Positions 27,400 to 39,200 of a stretch of 64,000 bases of DNA are shown in pieces. Where the stretch lies: the NCBI RefSeq assembly GCF_009914755.1, contig NC_060926.1. One strand, written 5' to 3'. The translations under genes were made by a program, and so were the position numbers. The notes beneath the pieces were generated by a model that did no database searches, was not told the origin of the DNA, and saw only the letters and a list, made by a program, of their open reading frames with translations. Source of the DNA: the human T2T-CHM13v2.0 reference genome, Homo sapiens. The number at the start of each line of letters is the position of its first letter. Within the stretch, counting starts at the first letter, position 1.

Positions 27400-28570
27400 G
27401 GGAGGCAGTGTGAGGTAATGGGCAAGTGCCCTGGCTTTGGGGTTAGATCTCCCTGTTATACTTTCTAACCCTGTAACTTTGGGAAAGAAGTTACTTTAAC
27501 TTCCTACATCTCAGTTCTCTCCTCTCTCTAAATTGAGAAAATACATAGTCCCAGGGTTGTCCTGCAGATTAAAACAGGTAAGTATGCCTCTATGAATCCT
27601 CCAGCACAGTGCTTTGGCCAGGGTAGCAGGTGTTCAGGACATGACAGCCACCTTCTCCCTTCCCTCTTTCCTCAGCCCTGGGCAGAAGCATGGTACTCAC
27701 CTGCAAGGGGTTTTGAGTGTTTGGGATGAGACTTAACACTTGAGTCCATGAGACGAACATGCAAGACAGGGTGTTTCAGGAAGAGGAACAGCAAAGGCTA
27801 AAGTGAGGAGCTGTGGAAGGGCATGGCAAGTTTGAGGATGGATAACTAAGCAAGTGATGTGGTGACAATGTCATAAAACATGGCTGGAGATGAGCCTGGG
27901 AAGCTATATATGGAGCTAGATTTTAAAGAGCATTGAGAGCTCTGCCAAGGAGTCTTACTCAATCCCGTAGGCTATGGCGTTCCTGATGGGATGGGAGATG
28001 GGGGTGATACTACATCATCAGTGCCTTAGAGTCATCATTCTTTGACAGCTTCTAACAAGGAACAGTTCTACGGCTCTACAGGGAAGCTCTTGTGGAGGAA
28101 TTTTAACCCCCTGATAGCCAAGGGAGAGAAACATATTGGAGGGAGAGGCTGAGGGCTTCCCAGGACCCCATCAACTTAAATTACCAAACTGCTTATAGCT
28201 AAGACTCCATTGCTTGGTAACCAACTGACCACCATGGCCTCAGAACCTGGGCGCTTTGACAGCTGGATTCTTGACATCCATTGATCTCAAGCTAGAAACC
28301 TATTACTTCATCATCTTCAATGTGTTTCTCAATGTCTCCTTTCCTGACTGTGGAAGGCAGGTAAATTATGTGCTTATTATGTGTTTGGCTCCGTGTCAGG
28401 CCTTCTGCCTTGAATTCTGTGCTGTAATTCTCATAACCACATTTCAGGACTGATACCATTCCCTATCTTACAGTGGAAATACCAAGACTCAGAGAGATGA
28501 AGCAGTTTGTCCCTAGTCACTCAGGTTATAAACGGTGTGGCCAGGATTCACACCATGGCTTTCTGACTAT
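27400..28570. mobile_element. Cluster of MIR (27400-27650, 28360-28570) and L2 (27650-28040) fragments
   Basis: MIR cores catctcagttctctcctctctaaa and ttacagtggaaataccaagactcagagag; L2 motif tttcaggaagaggaacagcaaagg. Confidence 0.6.
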
Positions 28571-29869
28571 AAAGACCTATTTATTTTACTGCCACTTCCA
28601 TCCATCCTCTGTCCTGTGGCCAAAGCACCCTAACATGACTTCCTGTGCTTGTGGTCCTGGGGCAGGTTTGGGTGCCTGGGAGGGTGGAGGAAGGGAGGGA
28701 GCAAGCTCATGGTGGGACCATCTACAGACATCATTGTCCTGGAGGGTTTGTTTTTGGGCAGTCTCCATTCATTTTCAAGGTTTTGTGAAGAGCTGGTGCT
28801 TTAACAAATCTGCAATTCTAAAGGCATCAGAACTCTGCTGAAAAGGAAGTGTTCCAATGTTCTGTAGGTCCAGCGGATCTCTGGTTCAGGAAACTCATGA
28901 CTCTGGCAGGGCTGCTGATGTTCACCTTGCATCTGCAGGCAATGGCCATTGGAGGCATCTCCTCAGCCTTCAAGGAATCTGGGGGCTGTCGACATAGCTG
29001 GGACTTCGTAAGCCATGCTGAATGTGGCAGCTTTTCAGGCAAGGAACCCGGGCCAGAAACATTCATAATTAGCTGTGTATTAGCCCAACCTCAGGGACTA
29101 AAAAGCCAGGTTGAGGCCAATTCTGGAGAGATGGATGTGCTTCCCGCCTCCCCACCGGCAGGCAGCTGTCTACGGAATGGCAGGGGGAGGTGGCACAGAG
29201 CAAAGCCACCTGCAGGCTCCCTGTCCTTCAAACCCATGGGAGATGATGCTGCCCTGCAAAGGATAGTCATGGCTACTCTGCCACCCTGCATGCCTCAGTT
29301 TCCCCCATCCCCTACTATTGTACAGTACTGCCTTGAACAGGAAAAATGATGCCTTTTAGGTGAGGAAAAGGAGTAACCACAGCCTTGGTAAGAGACTGGA
29401 GGGAGGAGCCTTGAGGGATGGGGGTCAGCCTACAGTTGCGGAGCCCCACAAGCTCTGGTAGAGACCGTGTGGGTCTGAGTCCACAGCTTCCAGATTGCAT
29501 TGGGAGAGAGAGGCCTGGCTGTGCCCTGTGTGTGGCAAGTGAGTGATGGAAGGTTGAGGATGAGATAAGTGCTCTGGGTTCTGCTTCTCTTTCTGGGGCT
29601 GAGCTTGCTCAAGAAGGGACAAAATCATAATCAAAGGTACAATTTGGATTCTCTAGAAATTTCAGCATCTGTCCTCCTGCAGGCCTCTGCCTCCACTGCC
29701 TTGCCTGCACTGCCGCCCCTCAGCACCTTCTGGCCTTTGTCTCTGTGGACCTCCAGCAAGCCTTGCTTGATATAACCTCCTCTTACTCCATGTTCTTCTT
29801 GAACAATGTCCAGTGTTGTCCCTTCCATCACGTGGGAAAGGAGAAAAGGGATGGAGCATGTTCCCCACA

Positions 29870-30770
29870 TCAGTGCTTAATGGTTTGCATTGATTATTTC
29901 AGTTAATTCTAAAAATAATCCTATATGGTATGTGCCATTTAATAGACTGGGAAACTGATGTTCATGAAGTTTGGGTAATTGACCAATATCTTTTAGCTGG
30001 TGATTGACATTTGAATCCACTTCAGAGGTTGTATAACACTTCCTTGCACCAGGGAAAGAGATCCAGTGTTGGGGCATTTAGCTTCCTTTCCTCTCCCAGA
30101 GAGGCCTCCTTCCAGAGACTTACAAAGGAGTGGGGTTCCTCACCTCCCCAGGCACTCCTTCCCTGCATAGCATCAAGAGGTGTCCCTGTGCAGATAAGAG
30201 TCTGGCATAGGGGTCACTTTGTGTCTCACTTCTGTCTCTTTCTAGCTGTACAACACTGATAGAGTTACTTCACTTCTCTTGGTCTCAATTTCCTTATCAC
30301 TAAAGGGAACTGCAGGGGTAGATGGTAATACCCCATAGGATTATGTTGAGGTTTAGAGCAAAGAGTGTGTGCAGCATAACTTGTACTGTTCCTAGCATTG
30401 AGTATATACCAATGAATGGAAGTAGTCATTGCCAGGCAATTCTTCGGCACATCAGGTTTAGTTTGATCCATATCTAGGAACACCTGAGTGCTGAGAGGTA
30501 CAGATGCTGTGTGATGTAGTGGAACAGCCACTGGACCCAAGTTGGAGCAGTCAGGTACATGTCTTGAATCAGCCACCTGCTAGACTGAGAGTGTGGATGA
30601 GACATGAAATCACTCCAAGCCTCACTTTCATCTTCTGTAAACTGGGAGCTTGGCAGTGACCCCTGTCCCATGTGCTGACCTCATAGGGCTGTTTGGAGGA
30701 TCTACAAGGTGATGTCCATGCCAGAGTTGTATGTAGAGGAGTTGTTAGTGCTACACAAAACTGGGACAGG
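29870..30770. mobile_element. Three MIR fragments
   Basis: gggaaactgatgttc; ttacttcacttctcttggtctcaatttccttatc; aagcctcactttcatcttctgtaaa. Confidence 0.65.
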
Positions 30771-31295
30771 ATCCTGTCCCCGCCGCAGAGGAATGCTTGG
30801 TGTGATTGGCGATACTCAGCTAAGAAACTCGGGCAAAACATTGGTATCACACCAGGGCTGACGTGATGCTACAGACAAAGATGGAAACTCTGGCCCACAG
30901 CCTGCTGCTGGAGTAAGGCTTGTTTGGATTTGCGGGTCCTCACTGCAGATGGAGGAGCTCAGCAAAGCTCTTGAGGAGATTTTTGCTTTCAGGAAACAAA
31001 TTCAATTCCTATCTTTGGATTTCTGTTGTCTTTTAGGGCCAGCTGGGTCTGCCTGAAATCTTGGCTGTCATTTGAGGATATTTCCGTGCATGTGGAGATT
31101 ATTCCAAAAAAGGCTTCCTGCTTTTTCTTCGCTCCTTCTTGCCTTTTCCAGCTCATCCCAGTGTTTCCAAGGGAAGGGAAAGCGGAATTTGCTCTGTTCA
31201 TCCCTGTATATGAGGCGTGGCATTAGTGTGCATATGTTTTTCCGTTTCATCTTCACAACATTGTGACCTGGTAGATATTATCATCAGTTTACAGA

Positions 31296-31821
31296 TGTTG
31301 AATGAGAGTCAGAATCAGTAAATTTAAAGGAGAACTTTATTCCTGGGTTCGCATGCATGAAACGTATGACAACATATGACCTGTGTTCACTTTGGGGTGG
31401 AGAGTTAACATTTAAATGTATTCTATCTGGATCATAAAGATAGAAAGGTGTAATGGACTACAAGCCCACCCTCTGGGCAGTCTTAAGACACCAGTCCAAA
31501 CCTGTTCGCAGCCATCCATCCATCAAGAAGGAAGTCTCTGTGGCCCAGGGTGGCTGTCAGGTCAGAACCATACAAACAGGAGGAAGGCACTGGGTGGTCG
31601 AATGAAGTAAGTGAAGTCTTCTGGCTTGACTTTTTGTCCTCCTCAAGTCAGCCTTTGATTAAGATCTGCCAATGATGAGTAAGGTAAAGGGACTTGCAGC
31701 AAGCGGGGCGCATCTGGTCTCTGTCCTGTCATGGTCGGGAACTTAAAACTCTACAGTCTTTTGGCCAAAAGAGGGTTCATCAGTCCATTGAAGCCATGTA
31801 GGACTTTTATTTCAGTTATCA
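31296..31821 (-). mobile_element. Solo ERV1 LTR (MER34-like) inserted into a MIR core
   Basis: TG...CA ends with TSD caga. Removing it restores the MIR core tttacagatgaggaaactgagg. gtcatggtcgggaact and ttggccaaaagaggg motifs. Confidence 0.8.
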
Positions 31822-32174
31822 CAGATGAGGAAACTGAGGCTTGGGGAGGTTGAAAAACTCACTCAAGGGTATAAGTGCAGGAGCTGGTAAGCAGCAGTAT
31901 CAGGCTTTAAACCATCCTGAGCTTCTACTTCTATGCTTAGCTCTGTATTTCCTCCAGAAGGCTCCCTCCATCCTGTGCCTTGGAAGACCTCACACAGCTA
32001 TGAGGTCACACATCTTCCAGCCTTTACCCCATCAACACACTGACTCCTACACTGCCTGCTAGCATACCATGTGGGGGTGGCTTATGTGTGGCATTTGTGA
32101 AGTTGGTTGTTTTGAAGCAGGACCCAGGGAGAGTATAGTTCATTTTTATAAACAGATAAGATCCTTGAGGATAG

Positions 32175-33340
32175 GATTTATTTATTCATTGAACAGATAT
32201 GAATTATGCATTTACTGCGTGCAGATACCATTCTAAGCACAGGGAATAAAGCAATGGGCAGAAGAGACACATTCTGTTGTTTTCCTGAAACTTATATTTT
32301 AGTGGAGAGCAGACAGAGAATGTAACTAACCACAAACTTACTAACTAGCCAGCTAACCAACATGTATAGTTTGCTAGGTGGTAGAAGTGCCATGGAGAAA
32401 TAGAACAAGAAACGGACAGGATGGGAAGTATCACTGGGGGAGGTGTTTACCATTTAAAAAGGTAGTGAGGTTCAGACACAGCCTCACTGCAAAGTGACAT
32501 TTGAACACAATCTGAAGGAGATAGGGGACAAGCAACAGAGATAATGGGAGGAGCCTGGAGGGCTTTATGCTAAGTGAAATAAGCCAGGCACAGACGGAAA
32601 TACTGCATGATCTTACTTGCATGTGTACTCTAAAAAAAATCGAACTTACAGAGGCAGAGAGTAGAGTGGTGGTTACCAGGGACTGAGGGCTGGGGTTCAG
32701 GAAACGGGGAGATGTTGGTTAAAGGGTGCAAAGTTTCAGTTAAACAGGAAAAATAAGTTCTGGAAATCTATCGTACAGCACAGTGACTATAATTAATAAT
32801 AAACTGCCCAAAGAATAGATTTTAAATGTTCTCATCTCAAAATTGAAAAGCATGTGAGGTGATGGATATGTTAACTAGCTTGATTTCATCATTCCACAAT
32901 GTATACATATTTCAGAACATCATGTTGGACACCATAAACATCTGTCAATTAAAAAAATTTAAAAGAGATAGAATGGGATGAGCACTCTAGGAAGAGCACT
33001 TTGCAAGTGCAAAGGCCCTGAGGTAGGAGGTGCAGTTCTGTTTATTAGTGGAGGGTAGGCTGATGGGACTGGCATGGACCAAATGGGACAGGTGTGAGAG
33101 ACAGGCCAGAGAAGTGACAGGCGGGATAGATGAGGGGAGCTCCAGGTGGACATAAATCATCCTGTTTAATTTGTCCTTTGTTGTGACCAAGACAGGGAGT
33201 TAGAGGAAAGTTCTGAACTGAGGAGTGACATGACCTGAGTCACATTTTAACAGGATCCCTCTGGCTGCTTCACTGGGAAATACCAGAAGGAAGAGGTGCT
33301 CAGAAGTTAGGAAGCTATTACAATAATCCAGGCAAGTCGG
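32175..33340 (-). mobile_element. L2 LINE 3' region interrupted by L1M
   Basis: tttattcattgaacagatat...ccattctaagcacagggaata; aaaggccctgaggtaggag; ttttaacaggatccctctggctgct. Confidence 0.85.
32548..32958 (+). mobile_element. L1MA-type 3' UTR fragment
   Basis: tatgctaagtgaaataagccaggcacag...gagagtagagtggtggttaccaggg...tgtgaggtgatggatatgttaa, then an A-rich end. Confidence 0.88.
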
Positions 33341-33479
33341 TTAGTGCCCAGGACTATATCTGCCCATGTTTCTTTCTATTCCAGTCTCCTTCTGCTATAG
33401 CTCAGAAAAGAATGTTTGGCAAATTGTAGGTGCTCAAGAAAAACTTGTTAGAAAACGAAAGCAAGAATGACAGCATTGT

Positions 33480-33750
33480 ATGAGTGTGAGCATTACTCTG
33501 TGATCCAAGTCTCAGCTCGCTACTGTGCAAGATGTGTGGCCTGGGTTATGTGACTTTACCTCTCTGTGCCTCAGGTTCCCAATCTGTAAATGGGAATAAT
33601 GACAGCAGCAACTCCATAGGCTTTTTACTGGCGGGGGGGCGGGGGGGCGGGCGGCGGGGACGGGGTGAGAATTGCATGCAATAATGTATATGAAGTGCTT
33701 AGAATAAGAGGGCCTGGACCATAATTAGTGCTCAATAAATATCAATAATT
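33480..33750 (+). mobile_element. MIR SINE containing a G-rich tract (33630-33665)
   Basis: tttacctctctgtgcctcagg...tctgtaaatgggaataat, then gtgagaattgcatgcaataatgtatatgaagtgcttag...gtgctcaataaat. Confidence 0.85.
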
Positions 33751-34498
33751 ACCAGTACAAGAACTGGCTTTATGCACATTTGTTGAAGAAGAAAGGAAAA
33801 TGTTGGGAGAAAAATAGAAATCTCTGTGAATTATTTGTGAATTTGGGAAATTCAGAATATTCATTTTTCTGTATTTCCATTCAAGCCTTGTGATTTTTGT
33901 CTACTACATTTTTCTTTCCTTTTACAGAAACAGATGTTGTTTTTGGTGATGTAAGTTACCAGGGTTGGGGGTCTGATCTGGAGGAACTGGGAGGTGAGTT
34001 CCAGCCCCTTCCCTCAGTTTCTCATCATTGTGGAGCAGTCTTGCCCTCTTCCTTCGATCAAGCTTCAAAGCTTCATGGCAACCACATTTAATGTTTATTG
34101 CTAATGTTATTAGTTTCTAATCAGAGCCTACTGCGATTATTACCTAATAGCTATTGCTTTGCACTTCCAACCAGATGTCAAAAATAATGAGCCAATAAGA
34201 CTGCTATTAATTTAGACTGAATGACAGTTTTAGGCCCTCGGAGCTGAAGATTAGGGACCTCATAAAAGCAGGGCACAAATAATTCGAGTGCTCAAAAGTA
34301 ATAGCAAAAATGGTGAGAATGTGAATTAATAGGTAAGTGTTTCTAATTTACAAATGAAACATGCAGCTTGAAATATCAACACTTCTCCTGCATTCTCCTG
34401 CGATGAATGGAGCAGTCCTCATGGATCCCAGCCTCCAGGATTTGGGTAGAATGGCTCAGAAAGTTTGCTGTCTATAGGAAGAAGAGATGATATTAGCA

Positions 34499-34654
34499 TA
34501 GATCTGTTTACCTGGTCCTATTTGGTTCCAGTGAGAGAATGGGGCCAGGTCAGCAAGTGCCTAGAAGAGACCTTCTCCCGGCATCAAGCGTTCCATGAAA
34601 CGTGTGTCCATTTTGCTGACAGGCTCTGGTGCATTCTGATTGACTTCCAGATGC
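34499..34654 (+). repeat. ~160-bp paired duplication, copy 1
   Basis: Matches 35189-35351, including a long identical run tccattttgctgacaggctctggtgcattctgattgac; a few small indels. Confidence 0.96.
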
Positions 34655-34719
34655 CTTTCCTGACATGCACCCCATTGTAGATGATTATCCTCCTTCTAAC
34701 TCATGGATGCTGTCATCCT

Positions 34720-34960
34720 GTACACCATTGGGTATGGGATGCTTGGGTTCAAATCTTAATTGCATTATGCTCTGAGGGTGTGACCTTGAGCAAGGTGTCC
34801 ATCATCTCTGAATCTTAGCTCCCTCCCCTTTTAAGGTGTCCATATCAATAGCACGTAACTTGTAGGATTACCACTGATCATTGGAAGAAATAGCAGATAC
34901 AAGGATCTCAGCACAGTGCCTGTCACACCAATGAACTGGAGAAATTGTCACTGTTGCTTA
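34720..34960 (+). mobile_element. MIR SINE
   Basis: ttgggttcaaatc...gtgtgaccttgagcaag...tctctgaatcttag...tcagcacagtgcctg. Confidence 0.7.
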
Positions 34961-35188
34961 AACACTAGGGCTCTGTTTCTCCTTCACCTTGATCATTTAT
35001 TCCCTCTGTTTATTCGTGCCTTTAGGTACCTATTTATCAAAGCAGGAGAAAAATTTTAAAAAGTTCATTTCTTTTCTTCCTCCAGTCCTCATATATTAAT
35101 CTGTAGACCCAAGCCTGTTTCATTTCACTTTGTTCTACCATTTTAAAGACAAACATTGTCCAAAGGCATGCTATGGCTCCTTTTGGTA

Positions 35189-35351
35189 TATATTTGTTTA
35201 CCATGGTCCTGTTTGGTTCCAGTGAGAGAATGGGACCAGGTCAGCAAGTGCCTGGAAGAGGAGACCGTCTCCCAGCATCACGCATTTCTCCATGAAATGT
35301 GTCTCCATTTTGCTGACAGGCTCTGGTGCATTCTGATTGACCTCCAGATGC
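35189..35351 (+). repeat. ~160-bp paired duplication, copy 2
   Basis: Matches 34499-34654. Confidence 0.96.
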
Positions 35352-36359
35352 ACCAGAGCCTGTCATATAAGGGGATGGGGTACGGAGGCGGAGACCCAGT
35401 CTGTGCTACAATACCTTTAGTGTCTGGTGGGTGTCATGGAGGAAAGAGGTCCCCGAGTGTAAGGGTGGGGTGAGCAGGGAGCAGTAAGGCTGCAGAAGGA
35501 GATGGTGTCCCGTCTGGCCTGAGAAGATGTTGTTGGAGAGACAAGCTAATTGCTCTCAAATGGCTACCTTTTCCACTAGGCACACAGATACACTCCAGGA
35601 TGGAATGCAGGCAGAAATCATGACCTCCATCCACCTTTAACTTTCCAAGGCCTGGCCCATAAACCCTCCCTGTCAGGCTTCCTGGTACCTCTTCCCTGGC
35701 TGCTAGCTGGATGCTGAGGCCCTGGGGTGCTGAGCCACTGGTGGAGTGAAGCCTGGGCCTGAAAGGCTGGGTGAAACAGAAGTCATGGGATGGGCAGGTG
35801 AGCACACACACCGTCACGGTGTTGATGCATGGTGGCATAGGATTGTCTGTTACAGCAGCCAGGCTTCTCTGACTAATACAGACCAACACGACTTTTCCAG
35901 GTCATTCAGGAAGCAGGAGGAGGGTGCTGCAGGCAGGGGGAACAGCATGAGTCTAGATGGGCATTGTGGAGCGAGATGCCCCCATGTGTGCCCTAAGAAC
36001 TAAAGGGTTCCAGGATTGCAAAACGACATGGTGGGAAGCAGATGGGGAAGGTGGAGGCAGATGGAGCTGGCTGCAGAGAGACTGAGGACATGCATGCCAT
36101 CTGGGGTTACTCAGGAGGCAGTGGAAGCCACCAGGGACTGTTGAGCAAGAGCTCTGATGAAATCTTGCCTTGGACATGCCATGCTGGTGGCACTCCTCCA
36201 AGGGAGGCACAGGACCCATGCCAGGCTGATGAATCAGGAGGCTCTGGGAATGACCCGGGAGGCAGCATGAAGGCCTGGACTAGGAAAGTGTAGGGAGGCA
36301 GGGGCGGAGCTGATTAAGGAATTATTTAGGAGGTAGAATTCAAGGGACTCAGTGGTTGT

Positions 36360-36640
36360 TTTTTTAGCATAGAGATTTCTGGTGTGCAATATGATGCTTT
36401 GATCTATATCTACATAGTGAAATGATTACTACAGTCATGCAAATTAGCATATCCATCACCTACCATCCTTAGCTTTTTATGTTGTTGTAAGAGACCCTAA
36501 AATCTACTCTCTGAGCAGATTTTCAGTATAGCATCCAATAACACTAACTGTAGTCCTCATGCTGCTCATTGGCTCTCCAGAGCTATTAATCCTGCATAAC
36601 GGCAAGTTTGCCTCCTTTGACCTACCCCTCCCCATTTCCT
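36360..36640 (-). mobile_element. L1MA-type 3' UTR fragment
   Basis: atagtgaaatgattactacagtc...aattagcatatccatcacc...taaaatctactctc...taactgtagtcctcatgctg. Confidence 0.85.
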
Positions 36641-37829
36641 CTCCTAGTAAGCTCGGTGGCTGTTTTGAACTGAGATAGTCTTGCTGTTCCTTTTACATCC
36701 TTGCATCCACTCCCTTTCTATTATATATTTCTTTCCTGTTTGAATGTGGGGACACACTGGCTACTGCAAATGTTGAATTGGCTCTTGTTTTCTGGTGCAT
36801 TCTTGCTGGCCACAGAAGATGCTGATCTAGGCTGATACCTGGCAAACCCTACCTTGTCCTGCCCCTGACACTGCAGATCTGAGGACGCGCTGGGGGAGCC
36901 GAGCATCCAGGTGTGCATTTTCCCATCTTTGCCTCCTTTGCTGTGCCCCATCCATGGATTCTTCCATTAGTGACCCTGGGATTTTAAGGCTTGTAGCCTG
37001 AGCACTCACAGGGAGGTGTGGGGACTGAGTAATCCTCTCAATTGAGCCTGTTAATAAATTTGTCACCACACTAGACGAGGGGAAATGATTTTAAATTGAT
37101 TCGTGCAGAATTTTGATGTGTTCTGCACATCCAACTTTGCTTTTGGTGCTCTGGTTAAGCATTGGTGAGTCACCGGTTCAGCCTGATTATTCTTGCTGCT
37201 GTAAAAGTAGAAATCAATATTAATATTTCCTCACTGTTAACCATCTCTCTAGAACAAATATTTTTTCCCCTCCTTCTCCTTCTATGACTTTGTTATCTTT
37301 GCATTTCTAATTGTGTCTGAAATTTATGGAGTGTCTTTTTTTTTTTTGGTAAAGAACTACAGTTTGTGATGATGCTGCTTTTCCCATCACATCTGGGATC
37401 AGCGTTTGTAATAGATTCTCTTTTACGTTCAGCTCCTGAAGAGCACTCTCATGATCTGATAAGAGAAGATGATCTTTGCTGGCCCTTTGAGGTAATGAAT
37501 CCTTTTCATTTGTTTTCTTGCATACTTTCTAGGTCAGTGAGTGGAGGGAATTTTTGTCCAACGTGCACCTTGACAGAGCTTCACTGACCACGGGCGGTGT
37601 CTCCCTGCTGCCACGCAGCACACCTCTGACCACAGACCTCTCTCCAGAGCCACGTGTTTGCTTCTCACCTGACAGGCTCTGTGAGAGCCCATCTGTGCTT
37701 CCCTGGGATGTCTGACCGCACGCATCCCCCACTGTGCATGGGAGCCCTGCTGGGCCCGTAGGTGGAATTATTTCTCAGTTTTAATCTGAGTACATAATTG
37801 AGGCTTGTGCCAGCAAGGACTCCCATCGC

Positions 37830-39200
37830 TTTCTTTCCTCACACTCCACACGTAGTGCTGCTCAGTGATTTTACTGTTCCTCTAGGAATGGCTCCCACCT
37901 GCTTAGAGTATAAGATTTATCTCCTTAGCACACCATGGGAAGTCTCCTAAAATCCATCCACTGCTTATCTCTTTGGCCTCAGCTCTTGGCCCCCTGTGAT
38001 GAAACCCTGATCTCTAGTCATGCAGAGGTGCTTGCAACTTTCTGAAAGCTCCTTTCAAAGGTGCCTTTGCCTTCTGTTCCCTATCCCTTCAGGGTCCTTC
38101 CCGGCTAGCCACTGCTCCTGGCTAAGTTCTGAGAGGTTGCATCCACCTCGCGGGAGTGTTGGCCATTTTCTCCCTTCGAGGTCCTTATTGTTGGCCTTTC
38201 TCTCTTTCCCTACTAGACTCTAAGCTCCCTTAGAGTGGGGCCTCTGTCTCACCCATCTCTCTGTGGCCCCCATCTAGTGTGCGGTCAAGGCTTGCTGAGA
38301 GCTGCCTTTTCATGTGTATTATGACAATTCAGCCCAATGACAAGTGGCTCACTCCATCTCCAACACGCTCCTGTCAACCTTCCTTTTCCCTGGGTCTCTT
38401 CAGTTTAACCTTTTGTGGGCATACCATCATGCATTAGTTGGAATCAGATTGATACTGGAGGTGTTTTTGTTTTCCAGAAATGTCTGGGGAAAGTGTGCCT
38501 GTGTACTTTTCATGTATGTCCGTCGGAGGAAAAGTTTTCATCATTCATTTATTCTTGTATCGATTGCACAAAATTGCTTAAGATTCTCCTCTGTGTGTGG
38601 TTCCATGGGAGCTTGGACCACTTTACATGATGAATAGGACAGAGTAGAGTCCCTTTTGGGAAACAGGCATCTGTAAAATGCTATGGGTACATAAAGAGCC
38701 ACCTAATGGAAATGGGTCACAGCTGGCACTCCAAAGGAGGCAATGTCTGAGCTGAATTGGAAGGAAAAGCAGGCATTTGCCAATGAGAACTTGGAGGGTT
38801 CTCCAGGAGCAGGGCGTGCAGAGAGCCCATTGAGTGGAGGCGTGTAGGGAGCCATGGGGACTTTGGTTTATCTTAAGAACAATATGTGTTTGTGTGTACA
38901 AGGGAGGGGGCAGAATAAGGAATGGCAGATAAAGCTGAAGAAGTGAGTAGAGGCCAGATCACAGGGTCCTGACTGTGTCCTGGATAAACACGGGGATGCT
39001 GGAGGTTTAATCAGGGTCATGGCGTGGTAATATTTCCAAGTAGAAAGATCACTTTGGTGGTGAATTGCAAGGACTGGCCGATTCCCCTGGTGGTAGGAAA
39101 AGAGGTGACCAGGCTGGTTTCCAGCGGATCTGGGCTGGGGCTGAGCGTCTGGTTAGTGGTTAGGAATAAGCTGAGGGATAATCTCAAGTCAGGCTCTGCT
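37830..39200. mobile_element. L2 fragments (+ at ~37830-38300, - at ~38650-39200)
   Basis: ccctactagactctaagctcccttagagtgggg; agtagaaagatcactttgg. Confidence 0.55.

Noticed and set aside
28849-29349. 166-aa ORF with a hydrophobic N-terminal stretch
   Set aside because: Non-ATG start and no family motif or supporting exon structure.
34465-35473. Two ORFs sharing the peptide LVPVREW.QVSKCLEE...HFADRLWCILID as paralogous genes
   Set aside because: The shared peptide follows from the ~160-bp DNA duplication. Both ORFs use non-ATG starts, and similarity ends at the duplication edges.
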